IMG/VR virus record: IMGVR_UViG_3300049919_000129
Location: 1 to 56,382 of that record
Strand: one strand, 5' to 3'
From: a virus
Taxonomy: Duplodnaviria; Caudoviricetes
Length of the DNA stretch: 56,382 nucleotides
Shown here one piece after another: positions 25,886 to 35,681 of the stretch; the stretch's first letter is position 1, and every line of letters begins with the position of its first letter. Position numbers and translations under genes: made by a program. The notes beneath the pieces were generated by a model, which was not told the origin of the DNA, searched no databases, and saw nothing but the letters and a program-made list of their open reading frames with translations.

Positions 25886-26725
25886 ATGTACTCATTTAAA
25901 GACTATATGCTTTACCCAATTCTGAACGAGGATTTGCATCCAGAGTTGAAAGATAAATCAGATAACCTACCACAATTCTTAAAAAAGAAAAAGGAACTAG
26001 AGAAGAGGGGAGAGGACACTGGTCTTTCTGGGGAAGCACATGCAGGATCGTCTAGAGTTTATATGCCACATTCCGGAACGCATAAAATTATGCTGGATGG
26101 TAAGGAAGCACATGTTCCTATCGGCACTAAATTTGCGAAGAAATTTGCTCTTGATGCACATACCGGTGATGACAGATCGCTAGGTGCTCAACAAAATGAG
26201 GCGGAGTCGGATGCTGCACTACATCACGGAATATTCAGAAAGCATGGCGATGGATCATACACAACTAATCCTCATGGGGTTGTTGCACCTGTAGTTGATC
26301 ATCACGACGAGCATGAGCATATCACTAGCGTAAGATGCGATAAGTTTTCTGCTGCTAAGTTTAAGGAATGTACGGTAAATAAAGATTATCCAAAAGGACT
26401 ATCGTATAAGCATTTCCATGGTGCTTTGATGCGAGAACATGATCTTTCTAATGGAAAGAGCTTCTCACCAGCGTCCTATGGTGCTAAGTCGCATGAAGAG
26501 TTGGATAAGGCGGCTGAACATCCACTCACCGAAAAATTCCTTAATCACATGCATGACACTGGTCATCATCCAGGTGATGTTCGTCCTGCTAATTTAGGTA
26601 TCCTTCATCATCCACATACTGGAGAGAAACATGTAGCGTTACTTGATGCTGGTTATGATCATAACGTGCAGGCCAGTTACAATCGTGCTAGAACCAACCA
26701 GATGAAGTCCAACCTGCGCTGGTAA
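25886..26725 (+). CDS. Protein kinase-like fold protein with capsid-targeting-like leader
   Basis: MYSFKDY...ILNE leader; GSSRVY, K.A, QNEAE, catalytic loop GDVRPANLG, LLDAG (DFG-like). Confidence 0.65.
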   Translation: MYSFKDYMLYPILNEDLHPELKDKSDNLPQFLKKKKELEKRGEDTGLSGEAHAGSSRVYMPHSGTHKIMLDGKEAHVPIGTKFAKKFALDAHTGDDRSLGAQQNEAESDAALHHGIFRKHGDGSYTTNPHGVVAPVVDHHDEHEHITSVRCDKFSAAKFKECTVNKDYPKGLSYKHFHGALMREHDLSNGKSFSPASYGAKSHEELDKAAEHPLTEKFLNHMHDTGHHPGDVRPANLGILHHPHTGEKHVALLDAGYDHNVQASYNRARTNQMKSNLRW

Positions 26726-26871
26726 TTTTCTCTCAAGAATCATTCTGAATTTAGCGAAGTTACTTAAGTACACCCTTCGGGTGGTCGCTTCGCTCCAGAT
26801 TCTGGTTTCTCTTTTTTTGTTTTTTAAGTTTTATTTAAGTTATTCTAGAATCGCAGTTATATGCTGGGTGT

Positions 26872-26916
26872 TCGATGGATACAATTTTCCCATCACAGGA
26901 AAATTGTATCCATCGA
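26872..26916. repeat. Perfect 19-bp inverted repeat
   Basis: TCGATGGATACAATTTTCC-CATCACA-GGAAAATTGTATCCATCGA. Confidence 0.95.
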
Positions 26917-27369
26917 GGGGTGATGCTGTAACGTCCCGACGTATTACAAACTGAATCAGATACCTGTGATAAGCAGGGTGAGCGCGGCTAGCGGTTGTTC
27001 TCGAATTACATCTGGTTTCTCCCATTGAAGGGCCAGCGGAACCATTCTTAGACGATTTCAGTCATTTCTAAGCGGTTTGAGGTTGCAAACATTCTAAAAC
27101 AGAGCCTCCCAGATTGCCTATCTGGCTGGTGTCAATCCACCAGTCATCCTTTGCTATGCATGATATATACAGGATAGTTCATGCATTTTGATACTTACGG
27201 CGACCTCTCCACACCTGCCTCTGCCAGTGGTTGTCCGTTCCATAGAACTCTAGTCCTGCTCGAATTGTGTTACCTCGTATATTAATTATCATGGCTACAT
27301 CTTTACATCGGATGAACGCTTTGGTGAAACTCGCTTTTATACGCTTTGGTGCCGCACGATTGTATCGGT

Positions 27370-27377
27370 TATTTATC
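27370..27377 (-). promoter_or_regulatory. Late promoter GATAAATA pointing into the non-coding region
   Basis: TATTTATC on plus strand. Confidence 0.7.
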
Positions 27378-27411
27378 TAGCTGGATACAGGTGAAAATTT
27401 AACTACCGCCG

Positions 27412-27440
27412 ATCATATCGGAAAAAATACTTGTTGTCAA
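27412..27440 (-). promoter_or_regulatory. sigma70-type promoter pointing into the non-coding region
   Basis: TTGACA-N17-TATGAT on minus strand. Confidence 0.75.
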
Positions 27441-27459
27441 CCCCTCAAGGAGAAGAAAC

Positions 27460-27906
27460 GTGAGCTACACATTTGAAACGATGGTCGATGAATGGAAAAT
27501 CGATGCAACCATCAATGAAACCCAACTATCGCAAGAGATTACTAGAACCCCTATGCTACATGCGAAATACCTTGAAATCTACATGTATGCCAAGGCTAAG
27601 CTGATTTCTGCAGAGAAGAAGTTTAACACGACTAAGTGGATCAAGAGAAAATATTTTAGGGGTGAACTCGAAAAGCATGAACTCGTTGAAAGAGGCTGGA
27701 GTCAATGGGGTGGATTGAAACCGAGCAATTCCGAGTTAAACGATCTCTTCGAATCCGACCGAGACCTCAACGAACTAGACGAAAAGGTCAAGTATTACAA
27801 ATCCTTCGTGTCCGGTGTGGAATTCGTGCTCAAGAACATTTCCCAAAGGGATTGGGGTATAAAAACTCTGCTAGAACATCAGAAATTTATGGCCGGGGCC
27901 GGTTGA
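27460..27906 (+). CDS. uvsY: Recombination mediator UvsY
   Basis: W..D..I, P.LHAKYL, KYFRG, I..RDWGIK...KF.AG; GTG start with AAGGAG. Confidence 0.88.
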   Translation: MSYTFETMVDEWKIDATINETQLSQEITRTPMLHAKYLEIYMYAKAKLISAEKKFNTTKWIKRKYFRGELEKHELVERGWSQWGGLKPSNSELNDLFESDRDLNELDEKVKYYKSFVSGVEFVLKNISQRDWGIKTLLEHQKFMAGAG

Positions 27907-29402
27907 TGGACACCATTAAGTTATACATTCAGGATGAAGTTTACTTCAAGGTCAAATGCGATGCTGGAATTGGCTTCGAGCTTAGTGATCATTTCGCATA
28001 CCTTGTACCAAATGCAAAGTTTCATCCGATGTGCAAGTCCGGGCGATGGGACGGGAAGATCAAAATGTACAATCTTTCAAAGTCCATCATCCCAAGAGGA
28101 ATCCTGCCCGAACTCGAAGACTTCTGCAAAACGTATGATTATAAACTAGAACATGCCTATGATCAGGGGACAACAAAAACTCAGATTTCTGACAAGGAAC
28201 TGCATGATTTCATTGATGAAATAAATCCACATTCCGGTGGGGTGAAGTTGACGATTAGGGACTATCAATTCGATGCGATAAAGAAGTCCATTGAAAATAT
28301 GCGAGCTACGTGTGAGTCTCCTACGGGCAGCGGAAAGTCTCTGATCATATACATCCTGATTCGATGGATGGAACGGCTTGGAAAAAAGGTTCTTTTGATC
28401 TGCCCAACAACAGGCTTGGTTGAACAGATGTATAAAGATTTTTCCGACTACAGTAGCGAAAATGGCTGGGTCGTGCCAGATAATGTGCATCGCATTTATT
28501 CAGGTAAGGAAAAGATTTCAACCCATTCCACCGTTATCAGTACGTGGCAGAGTTTGAATTCTAAGTTGATCCCGCCCGATTTCTTCGATCCGTTTCAATG
28601 TGTGTTTGTGGATGAATGCCACCTAGCCAAGGGATCGGTTTTGCAGAAGATTCTTTCTCAGTGTAAGAATGCTGAGTATCGTAATGGATTCACTGGTTCC
28701 CTATCTGACGTAGAAGTTGATCGAATCACTATTAAAGGTATGCTCGGCCCAATCATCAGAGTCGCCTCAACTAGAGCTTTAATCGATAAAGGTCAGTTAT
28801 CGGATATCCGGATAAAGGTTCTGATGCTTAATTATTCAAAGGAAGTAAAAAAGGCAACCTCAAAGTTTTCATACCCAGAGGAAATTGATTTCCTTGTATC
28901 AAACGAAAAACGGAATCGATTCATTAGGAATCTTGCTGGTGCTATGGTTGGTAACACTTTAGTGCTCACCACGCTAGTCGAAAAGCACGGTCAAGTCATA
29001 TACGATATGTTGAAAGAGAAATATCCTGATAGGCCGATATATTTCATACATGGTGGGGTCGATGTTGATGACAGAGAAGATATTCGAGCGTTGATGGAGC
29101 AAGGTTCCGATGTCATCGTGGTTGGCTCGTCTGCCACTGTTGCGACTGGGACAAACATCAAAAATATTCGTAATGTCATCGCTGCAGCACCATCCAAATC
29201 ATTGGTCAGGGTACTGCAATCAATCGGCAGAGGTTTGCGTAAAATGGAAGGCAAAACACACTTTACGTGGTATGACATCGCAGACAAGATAAATCCATCT
29301 AAGAGCAACATGAATTTTGCATATGCTCATGCGATTGAGCGTTTGAAAATTTACGTTGATCAGGAGTTTGATTACAACATAACTGAGGTTGATTTTGAAT
29401 GA
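27906..29402 (+). CDS. uvsW: SF2 DNA helicase UvsW
   Basis: WDGKIK, RDYQ, SPTGSGKS, DECH, QSIGRGLR; start ATG 27906. Confidence 0.95.
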   Translation: MDTIKLYIQDEVYFKVKCDAGIGFELSDHFAYLVPNAKFHPMCKSGRWDGKIKMYNLSKSIIPRGILPELEDFCKTYDYKLEHAYDQGTTKTQISDKELHDFIDEINPHSGGVKLTIRDYQFDAIKKSIENMRATCESPTGSGKSLIIYILIRWMERLGKKVLLICPTTGLVEQMYKDFSDYSSENGWVVPDNVHRIYSGKEKISTHSTVISTWQSLNSKLIPPDFFDPFQCVFVDECHLAKGSVLQKILSQCKNAEYRNGFTGSLSDVEVDRITIKGMLGPIIRVASTRALIDKGQLSDIRIKVLMLNYSKEVKKATSKFSYPEEIDFLVSNEKRNRFIRNLAGAMVGNTLVLTTLVEKHGQVIYDMLKEKYPDRPIYFIHGGVDVDDREDIRALMEQGSDVIVVGSSATVATGTNIKNIRNVIAAAPSKSLVRVLQSIGRGLRKMEGKTHFTWYDIADKINPSKSNMNFAYAHAIERLKIYVDQEFDYNITEVDFE

Positions 29403-29860
29403 CAATATTCCACGTATTTAAGCTCAGAACCGGCGAAACGTTATTCGCCGAATTGATCGAAGAGTCTGATTACACATACCACCTAAGACATCCTATGGAG
29501 GCAAAAACATTTAGATATTCTGATTCCCAAGAAGGACTCATTTTGAATAAGTGGATACCCTATACGGATGATGAATTGTTTGACATAAGTGCAGAAGTAG
29601 TATATTATGTAGGTGCTCTCAGCGATAATTATATTAAGTTTTACGGAAGCACTTTGTTGAGAGAAGAGATAACCAAGTTAGATCAATCAGGGAAAATACG
29701 AATAATGGCAGGTGAATCTCGTTCAGCCATACATGAAGAAATCTCCGAGAAAATCAAAAATATTGGTATTGATTATAGTATAAAATATGGACTCGAACCA
29801 CTTGAAGAGCCTAAAGAAATTTCAATAAAAGATATACCGAAGGATCGAGTCCTCCACTAA
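29399..29860 (+). CDS. Conserved T4-like hypothetical protein (possibly Sm-like)
   Basis: FKL.TGE.L, WIPY.DD motifs; typical position between uvsW and gp55. Confidence 0.6.
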   Translation: MTIFHVFKLRTGETLFAELIEESDYTYHLRHPMEAKTFRYSDSQEGLILNKWIPYTDDELFDISAEVVYYVGALSDNYIKFYGSTLLREEITKLDQSGKIRIMAGESRSAIHEEISEKIKNIGIDYSIKYGLEPLEEPKEISIKDIPKDRVLH

Positions 29861-29869
29861 GGAGACCCC

Positions 29870-30442
29870 ATGGCAGAATATGTAAATAATGCAGAATTAC
29901 TAGAGTATCTAACAAAACGAAGGGTGATTGTGCAAGCGGAACTTGCAGCAGGAAGACCGAAACCTGTATTGGATAATTACCTAGGTAAATGTATCATCGC
30001 AGTATCAACAAATCTTTCATATCGACCAAATTTCATCGGATATTCTTTTCGCACCGAAATGATTGGTGACGCAATCGAAAATCTTTTAGTTAAACTAGAT
30101 AATTTCGACCCAGCTAGATCAAAGTACCCATTTGCATACATGACTCAAATTGCATGGAACGCATTTGTTCGTAGAATTCAGAAGGAACAAAAGGAACAGC
30201 GCATCAAGGGAAGACTCATTCAGGAAATGCCCATCGAAGACCTCCTGACGACTGGTGATATGGATGAAGATGGTATTCCGTATTACAACCATTTCGTTGA
30301 TTATCTCAGAGACAATAATTTCATTGGGGTTGAGGATAAAGTCATCACCGTCAATAAAGTTTTGGAAAAGGAAGGCTTGGAGATATTCTTTGATGCCGAT
30401 CCAGAACTAGCAGAACTGGTGGAAGAACTTGAAGCAGAATAA
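29870..30442 (+). CDS. 55: Late transcription sigma factor gp55
   Basis: YVNN, LSYRPNFIGY, EMIGDAIEN, PFAY.TQI.WNAFVRRIQKE. Confidence 0.95.
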   Translation: MAEYVNNAELLEYLTKRRVIVQAELAAGRPKPVLDNYLGKCIIAVSTNLSYRPNFIGYSFRTEMIGDAIENLLVKLDNFDPARSKYPFAYMTQIAWNAFVRRIQKEQKEQRIKGRLIQEMPIEDLLTTGDMDEDGIPYYNHFVDYLRDNNFIGVEDKVITVNKVLEKEGLEIFFDADPELAELVEELEAE

Positions 30443-31505
30443 GAAGGTTCTTATTCTCACTGATTTACATTTGGGAGCTAGGGGTGCATCAGTCCCTGTT
30501 GCCGAATATCAGATCGCGTTTTTCGAAGAGCAGATTTTTCCAGAACTTAAGAAGAGAAAAATCCACGAGATTGTTTGTCTAGGTGACATGTTTGATGTTC
30601 GCCAGCACACCAGCAACAAGATTCTAGAAATGTGGAAGTCTCGCGTGTTCGACGTTATGCATCGAGATAAAATTAAATTCCACATCATCGTCGGAAACCA
30701 TGACGCCCAGTCAAAGAATACGATTTCGGTAAACTCCCCTAAACTTCTTCTCTCACATTATTCTAATGTGGTAGTACACGATGTTCCTAGAGAGGTTGAT
30801 GTTGGAGTAAACCGATTCTTGTTCTCCCCTTGGATATGCATCGATAATTTTTCTGAGACTATGAAGCTGGTAAAAGAATCTAAGTGTTCTACTGTCATGG
30901 GGCACTTCGAGTTTTCTGGTTTTGAAATGTTCAAGGGTCAAATGGCAGAAGAGGGACTAGACCCAAAACTGTTTGATAAATTCAGGTATGTTTTCTCCGG
31001 TCATTATCATCACAAGTCTGATGATGGAAGGATTCATTATCTAGGAAGTCCTTATGAGTTCACATGGGCAGACTATGATGATCCAAGAGGGTTTCATATT
31101 TTTGATACCGAATCACTAGACTTAGAATTCGTAAAGAACACTAAGACAATGTTCTTGAAGTATCACTACGACGATACCGATATGCCAGACGATTATTGGA
31201 AAAGGTTTGACTGCTCGTCCATAGACGGGAAATACCTAAAGCTGATCGTTGTCAACAAAACCAAGCCACTTATGTTCGACAAACTGGTTTTGGCGTTGAA
31301 TGATTCTGGTCTTTCTGATTTCAAAATCATCGAAGACATGTCTGAATTTAACGCTGACATGATCGATGACGACGATTTACAGCTTGAAGACTCTGCTACT
31401 TTGATTGATTCATATATTGATGCACTTGATGTGTCCGTGGATAAGACAAAGCTTAAGTCTTTGGCAAAATCTATGTACATAACAGCATTGAACTCGCTGG
31501 AGTAA
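30429..31505 (+). CDS. 47: Recombination endonuclease gp47 (Mre11/SbcD-like)
   Basis: TDLHLG, LGDMFD, GNHD, GHFE, SGHYH. Confidence 0.95.
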   Translation: MKQNKKVLILTDLHLGARGASVPVAEYQIAFFEEQIFPELKKRKIHEIVCLGDMFDVRQHTSNKILEMWKSRVFDVMHRDKIKFHIIVGNHDAQSKNTISVNSPKLLLSHYSNVVVHDVPREVDVGVNRFLFSPWICIDNFSETMKLVKESKCSTVMGHFEFSGFEMFKGQMAEEGLDPKLFDKFRYVFSGHYHHKSDDGRIHYLGSPYEFTWADYDDPRGFHIFDTESLDLEFVKNTKTMFLKYHYDDTDMPDDYWKRFDCSSIDGKYLKLIVVNKTKPLMFDKLVLALNDSGLSDFKIIEDMSEFNADMIDDDDLQLEDSATLIDSYIDALDVSVDKTKLKSLAKSMYITALNSLE

Positions 31506-31507
31506 TT

Positions 31508-33217
31508 ATGGTAATTTTTGAAGAATTGAGTATCGCTAATTTTATGTCGGTTGGTAATTCGCCGCTCGTTGTCCAACTTAATAGATCATCAAGTACGCTA
31601 GTTTCTGCTGAAAATGGCAGTGGTAAGTCATCCATCCTAGATTCAATTTGTTTCGTCTTATACGGGAAGGCATACCGCAACATCAATAAACCACAACTCA
31701 TAAATTCGATCAACCTAAAGCAGTGTTTGGTTAGCATCAAATTCAGTGTTGGTAAAAAGAAGTACGAAGTTAAACGTGGTATGAAACCTACGGTATTTGA
31801 GATTTGGGAAGATGGTAAGATGATCAACCAAGACCCTAATGTTCGAGACTATCAGAAGGTTCTTGAGCAGCAGATTCTCAAAATGAATTTTCGTGCCTTC
31901 ACTCAAGTTGTTGTTATGGGCAGTGCAGCATATATTCCTTTCATGAAGTTATCCCCACCTCAGAGAAGAGAGTTCATTGAAGACCTTCTAGATATTCGGG
32001 TGTTTAGTGTGATGGGCAAGTTTTTATCAACTGAAACAAAGGCAACAAAGACCAAGCTAACCCTTGCAGATGCGGACATCACCTCAACCAAAGAGATCAT
32101 CAAGCTTATCGAATCTCACATAGAGGCTAAAAAGGAAGAGACATCGGAGAAGATCGCCGAAATATCTTCCAATATCGATTCGGTGATGGCCGATATTGCG
32201 CTGGAGACGGATTCCGTGAAAGACCTATCTAGTCAGATAAAACAGGAAACCGAATTGTTGAAAAGGGCTACAACAAACAAAAAGACCTTTCTAGACCTAG
32301 TTTCCATGAAGGAAAAGGTGGATGGAAAGGTTCGCTCCCTCCTAGCGCAGAAAAATGATTATGCCTCCTTAACTACGTGTTCATCATGCAATCAAGAAAT
32401 CGGCGAGTCAACAAAGGCTGAATTCATTAAAACCGTGGCGGCTAAATTGGAAGAATATGCTGCAGGAATAGCTTGCCTAGAAAAGAAGATGAAAGCCGCC
32501 GAGGGAACACTAGAAGAATACGATGCGATACAACTTCGGTTATCCACGTTGAATTCTTCGATGCAAGCAGCGAATCAAAAGATATATGGAAGCAATCTTC
32601 TCCTAACAAAATATAATGCAGAACTCGTTAAGCTTGAGAAAATCGCAAACTCTGGGTCAGATGATGGGGTTAAGCTTAAAGATGCAGCAAAAAAGGTCGT
32701 TGGGCTTTCCAAGCAGAAAAAGGAATTGACCGAGACTCTTCAGATACATGATGTGCTTTCAGTTTTGCTTCAGGATTCCGGCATAAAGTCCAAGGTCATT
32801 AAGCAATATATTCCCATGTTGAATAAATTGGTTAATCGGTATCTGTCCCATCTTGAATTCTTTTGTTCGTTTAATCTTGATGAGGGATTTAACGAAGTGG
32901 TGAAATCCAGACATAGGGATACCTTCACATACGATTCTTTTTCTCAGGGTGAGAAGATGAGGATAGATTTTTCCTTGATGCTCACATGGCGTGATATAGC
33001 AAAACAAAAGAACTCTGTCAACACAAACCTAATGATCATCGATGAATTGTTCGACTCATCGATGGACTCTGCAGGTCTTTCCAATTTACTTTCAGCATTC
33101 GATAAGATGAGCAACACAAACATATTTGTGGTGTCTCATAGGCTTGACCTAGTGGACAAATTCCCCAACACTCTCCGTCTAATAAAGAAGAACAATTTCA
33201 CCCAAATTGCTGATTAA
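31508..33217 (+). CDS. 46: Recombination ATPase gp46 (Rad50/SbcC-like)
   Basis: NGSGKS, CSSC hook, FSQGE, IIDE, VSH. Confidence 0.95.
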   Translation: MVIFEELSIANFMSVGNSPLVVQLNRSSSTLVSAENGSGKSSILDSICFVLYGKAYRNINKPQLINSINLKQCLVSIKFSVGKKKYEVKRGMKPTVFEIWEDGKMINQDPNVRDYQKVLEQQILKMNFRAFTQVVVMGSAAYIPFMKLSPPQRREFIEDLLDIRVFSVMGKFLSTETKATKTKLTLADADITSTKEIIKLIESHIEAKKEETSEKIAEISSNIDSVMADIALETDSVKDLSSQIKQETELLKRATTNKKTFLDLVSMKEKVDGKVRSLLAQKNDYASLTTCSSCNQEIGESTKAEFIKTVAAKLEEYAAGIACLEKKMKAAEGTLEEYDAIQLRLSTLNSSMQAANQKIYGSNLLLTKYNAELVKLEKIANSGSDDGVKLKDAAKKVVGLSKQKKELTETLQIHDVLSVLLQDSGIKSKVIKQYIPMLNKLVNRYLSHLEFFCSFNLDEGFNEVVKSRHRDTFTYDSFSQGEKMRIDFSLMLTWRDIAKQKNSVNTNLMIIDELFDSSMDSAGLSNLLSAFDKMSNTNIFVVSHRLDLVDKFPNTLRLIKKNNFTQIAD

Positions 33218-33284
33218 TCAAGGAGTTACATTTTCCAAAACATGTGATATGATTCTTCCACCAAATAACTGAAAGGAAGCAAAT

Positions 33285-33482
33285 ATGTTCTGGCCGACTG
33301 TGTTGATTGAAGCAAAGAATTTTGAAGTTAGTAATGGGGATGTTGTTTACGGAAGCTACGGAAAGTTTTACTCTGATGAAGAGCAATCTCCAGTCGCAGC
33401 ACCGGCACCAGTTAAGGCGGATCGCAGTTTCACCTTCCCAGCAGAACTTGAAACGTTCAACAAAATCAACGAGTTAAAATAA
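33285..33482 (+). CDS. Hypothetical protein
   Basis: 65-aa ORF with AAGGA RBS and upstream GTTACA-N17-TATGAT (33225-33253). Confidence 0.55.
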   Translation: MFWPTVLIEAKNFEVSNGDVVYGSYGKFYSDEEQSPVAAPAPVKADRSFTFPAELETFNKINELK

Positions 33483-33485
33483 TTC

Positions 33486-33514
33486 TTTACATTTTTAAAA
33501 ATATGTTTTAGTAT
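33486..33514 (+). promoter_or_regulatory. Possible early promoter for rIIA
   Basis: TTTACA-N17-TAGTAT. Confidence 0.5.
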
Positions 33515-33553
33515 TCGGTCTTCTGATTGAGCAACAACTTTACGAGGTATATC

Positions 33554-35644
33554 ATGGAATTGAACATCGGAACTGCGGTTGAAACCAACATCAAGGGTGC
33601 AGTTGAATTCAAACTGTCATCTAATGCGTCGAAAATCTTTGCCGCACTTGGTAACTTCTTGTACTCCAACAAAGAGCTTTGTGTCCTGCACGAACTCTCT
33701 GCCAATGCGGTTGATGCACATCGCATGGTTGGTAAGCAGGATGTTCCTTTTTCTGTCACGCTTCCGACTAAACTCGATAGCAATCTTCGCGTTCGTGATT
33801 ACGGCCCCGGCTTGTCTGAGGATAGTGTTTATAATCTTTTGTCGACGTATGGCGAAAGCACTAAACAGGGCGAGAACGATTCCATTGGTGGATTTGGTAT
33901 TGGTTCAAAAAGCCCAGCTTCCATCACTGAAACTTGGACTGTTCGCTCCCATCATGGCGGAGAACTGAAGGATTATTTGGTGTTCATCGGTGCCACTGGA
34001 ATTCCGTCGATCACCATGATTCGTGCAGTGCCGTCTGATGAAACCGGAATTGAAGTTGTTATTCCTGTGCAGTCGGATAAGGCATACCAGTGGAAACAGC
34101 TTGCTGCGACTGCATATCGCCACTACACCCCGCATCCGATTGTCCATAATACGGACATTACCATCGCACCTATCACCAATATAAGCTCTGGTGCCAATTG
34201 GGTTGTTTGTAATTCCGAAAAGAGTTCTCGCCTAACCGTAGTCACGTCATTCCGCGAGTACCCAATTTCGGATTCGGAACTGTCGAAGATTTTCGCTGCT
34301 GTTGGAATGGACTCTGTCGGCCAGCAAATTCTCAAACTCCCTATCATCATGTATTTCAATATCGGCGAGCTTGATCTTAGCCTTTCTCGTGAGACTCTTC
34401 AATACACGAAAAAGACCATCGATGCCTTGAGCGCAATGGCTCTTCGCGTCAAGACCGAAATTATTGCGAAGATGGTTGCTATTACATCAACTTCAACGGA
34501 TTCCCTCGATCTTCGGGTTAATGTCCTCGATGCTTTCCAGTCTGTTCTTGGTATTAGTAATGATACCCATCGGTTCCGTAATTTTTCTGGGGTGTTTCCT
34601 TTACTAGGGCTGAATTCCGCTGACGATGTTTCTGTTTTCTTTAATCCGGTCACCATACCATCCGTGGAACTGGATAAGATTAAGGTTATTCATAATGGTC
34701 AGACGCGTGCCATGACAAACGCCTTTAATTGCTGGCGCACATATTCAATTTCTCGTGAGCAGCGCCACAATAATCAGGGCGTTACCCAACATGGGTTCCG
34801 GTTTAAAATTTCTGTTTTAAACCGAGTCAAGCTTGTTATTGCTGATTGCAGCGATGCGCTGAGTCGTGTCCGTAACGCAAGTGCAACTGGTGGTGGCGGG
34901 TATTACGTTGTTTCTAAGACCAACCTGTTTCACGCCGATCTGCAAAAATACGTTATCAATGCAAGCACCCTAGATAAGGTCGCTCGTGCACCAAGAGTTG
35001 CTGGTACCAAGACTGCTGCCGTTGTTACCGATCTGACGATTCGTCTTTTGTCGACTTCGCTTCGTTCATGCACCAAAACAGAATATGACAAAACGGAAAA
35101 GTATTGCCACGTTATTGTCACTTCTTATTCCGATTTGGATATGGCCGGAACAATTGGAGTCGAGGCTCGGCATCTTCAAGACCTTGGATATTCGATTATT
35201 GTGGTTAAGAATGTCTCTGAATTGCCGGATAAATCCATTCCGACTACTTCTGTTGCATTGAAGTCGTCGTATGATAGGCTAGCTGCGCTGAATCTGCCAA
35301 AGAAAAAGGCGGACTATGAGAACACCTTGCAATTCCGTCGATTCTTTAACGGCAAGATCATGTTGAGCTTCTTTTCTAATGTAATCGGTGCCCCGATTTG
35401 GGACTCCATTGTTTCAAAATACAACACTGCCTCATACGATGGGAAGGAGTTTCACACTTTTAACTCGATTTCAAACTTTTACAAGATTCCAGTTGTGCCT
35501 TATTCGCATTCTTATGATCAGGTGCAAAAAGACTTGACACTTATCACTGAAACGTATAAAATGGTCAAACACCTATCCACCTGCGCATCAACTGGTGACA
35601 TGACATCTGATTTGACCGAGTATCTTCTTTCTGTAGGCAAATAA
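33554..35644 (+). CDS. rIIA: RIIA lysis-inhibition-related protein
   Basis: GHKL-like N domain: LYSNK, ELSANAVDAH, RDYGPG, GGFGIGSKSP, SRETLQY; followed by rIIB. Confidence 0.88.
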   Translation: MELNIGTAVETNIKGAVEFKLSSNASKIFAALGNFLYSNKELCVLHELSANAVDAHRMVGKQDVPFSVTLPTKLDSNLRVRDYGPGLSEDSVYNLLSTYGESTKQGENDSIGGFGIGSKSPASITETWTVRSHHGGELKDYLVFIGATGIPSITMIRAVPSDETGIEVVIPVQSDKAYQWKQLAATAYRHYTPHPIVHNTDITIAPITNISSGANWVVCNSEKSSRLTVVTSFREYPISDSELSKIFAAVGMDSVGQQILKLPIIMYFNIGELDLSLSRETLQYTKKTIDALSAMALRVKTEIIAKMVAITSTSTDSLDLRVNVLDAFQSVLGISNDTHRFRNFSGVFPLLGLNSADDVSVFFNPVTIPSVELDKIKVIHNGQTRAMTNAFNCWRTYSISREQRHNNQGVTQHGFRFKISVLNRVKLVIADCSDALSRVRNASATGGGGYYVVSKTNLFHADLQKYVINASTLDKVARAPRVAGTKTAAVVTDLTIRLLSTSLRSCTKTEYDKTEKYCHVIVTSYSDLDMAGTIGVEARHLQDLGYSIIVVKNVSELPDKSIPTTSVALKSSYDRLAALNLPKKKADYENTLQFRRFFNGKIMLSFFSNVIGAPIWDSIVSKYNTASYDGKEFHTFNSISNFYKIPVVPYSHSYDQVQKDLTLITETYKMVKHLSTCASTGDMTSDLTEYLLSVGK
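35534..35562 (+). promoter_or_regulatory. sigma70 promoter inside rIIA, probably driving rIIB
   Basis: TTGACA-N17-TAAAAT. Confidence 0.65.
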
Positions 35645-35681
35645 TTTTCGAGCAGTACCTTTATAATCAAGGAGAAACACC

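Larger units (their letters stand above)
26750..27405 (-). ncRNA. Candidate large structured non-coding RNA or origin primer transcript
   Basis: 733-bp intergenic gap without a credible ORF; two minus-strand promoters point into it; at least eight hairpins; ends approximate. Confidence 0.55.

Noticed and set aside
26840-27025. 61-aa minus-strand ORF in the long intergenic region
   Set aside because: No convincing RBS or protein features; runs through a perfect 19-bp hairpin
27705-27905. N-terminal extension of UvsW in the ORF track
   Set aside because: Overlaps uvsY; ATG 27906 coupled to the uvsY stop is the more plausible start. Similar over-extensions were trimmed for gp21, gp22, gp62, regA, gp43, uvsX and the HNH gene.
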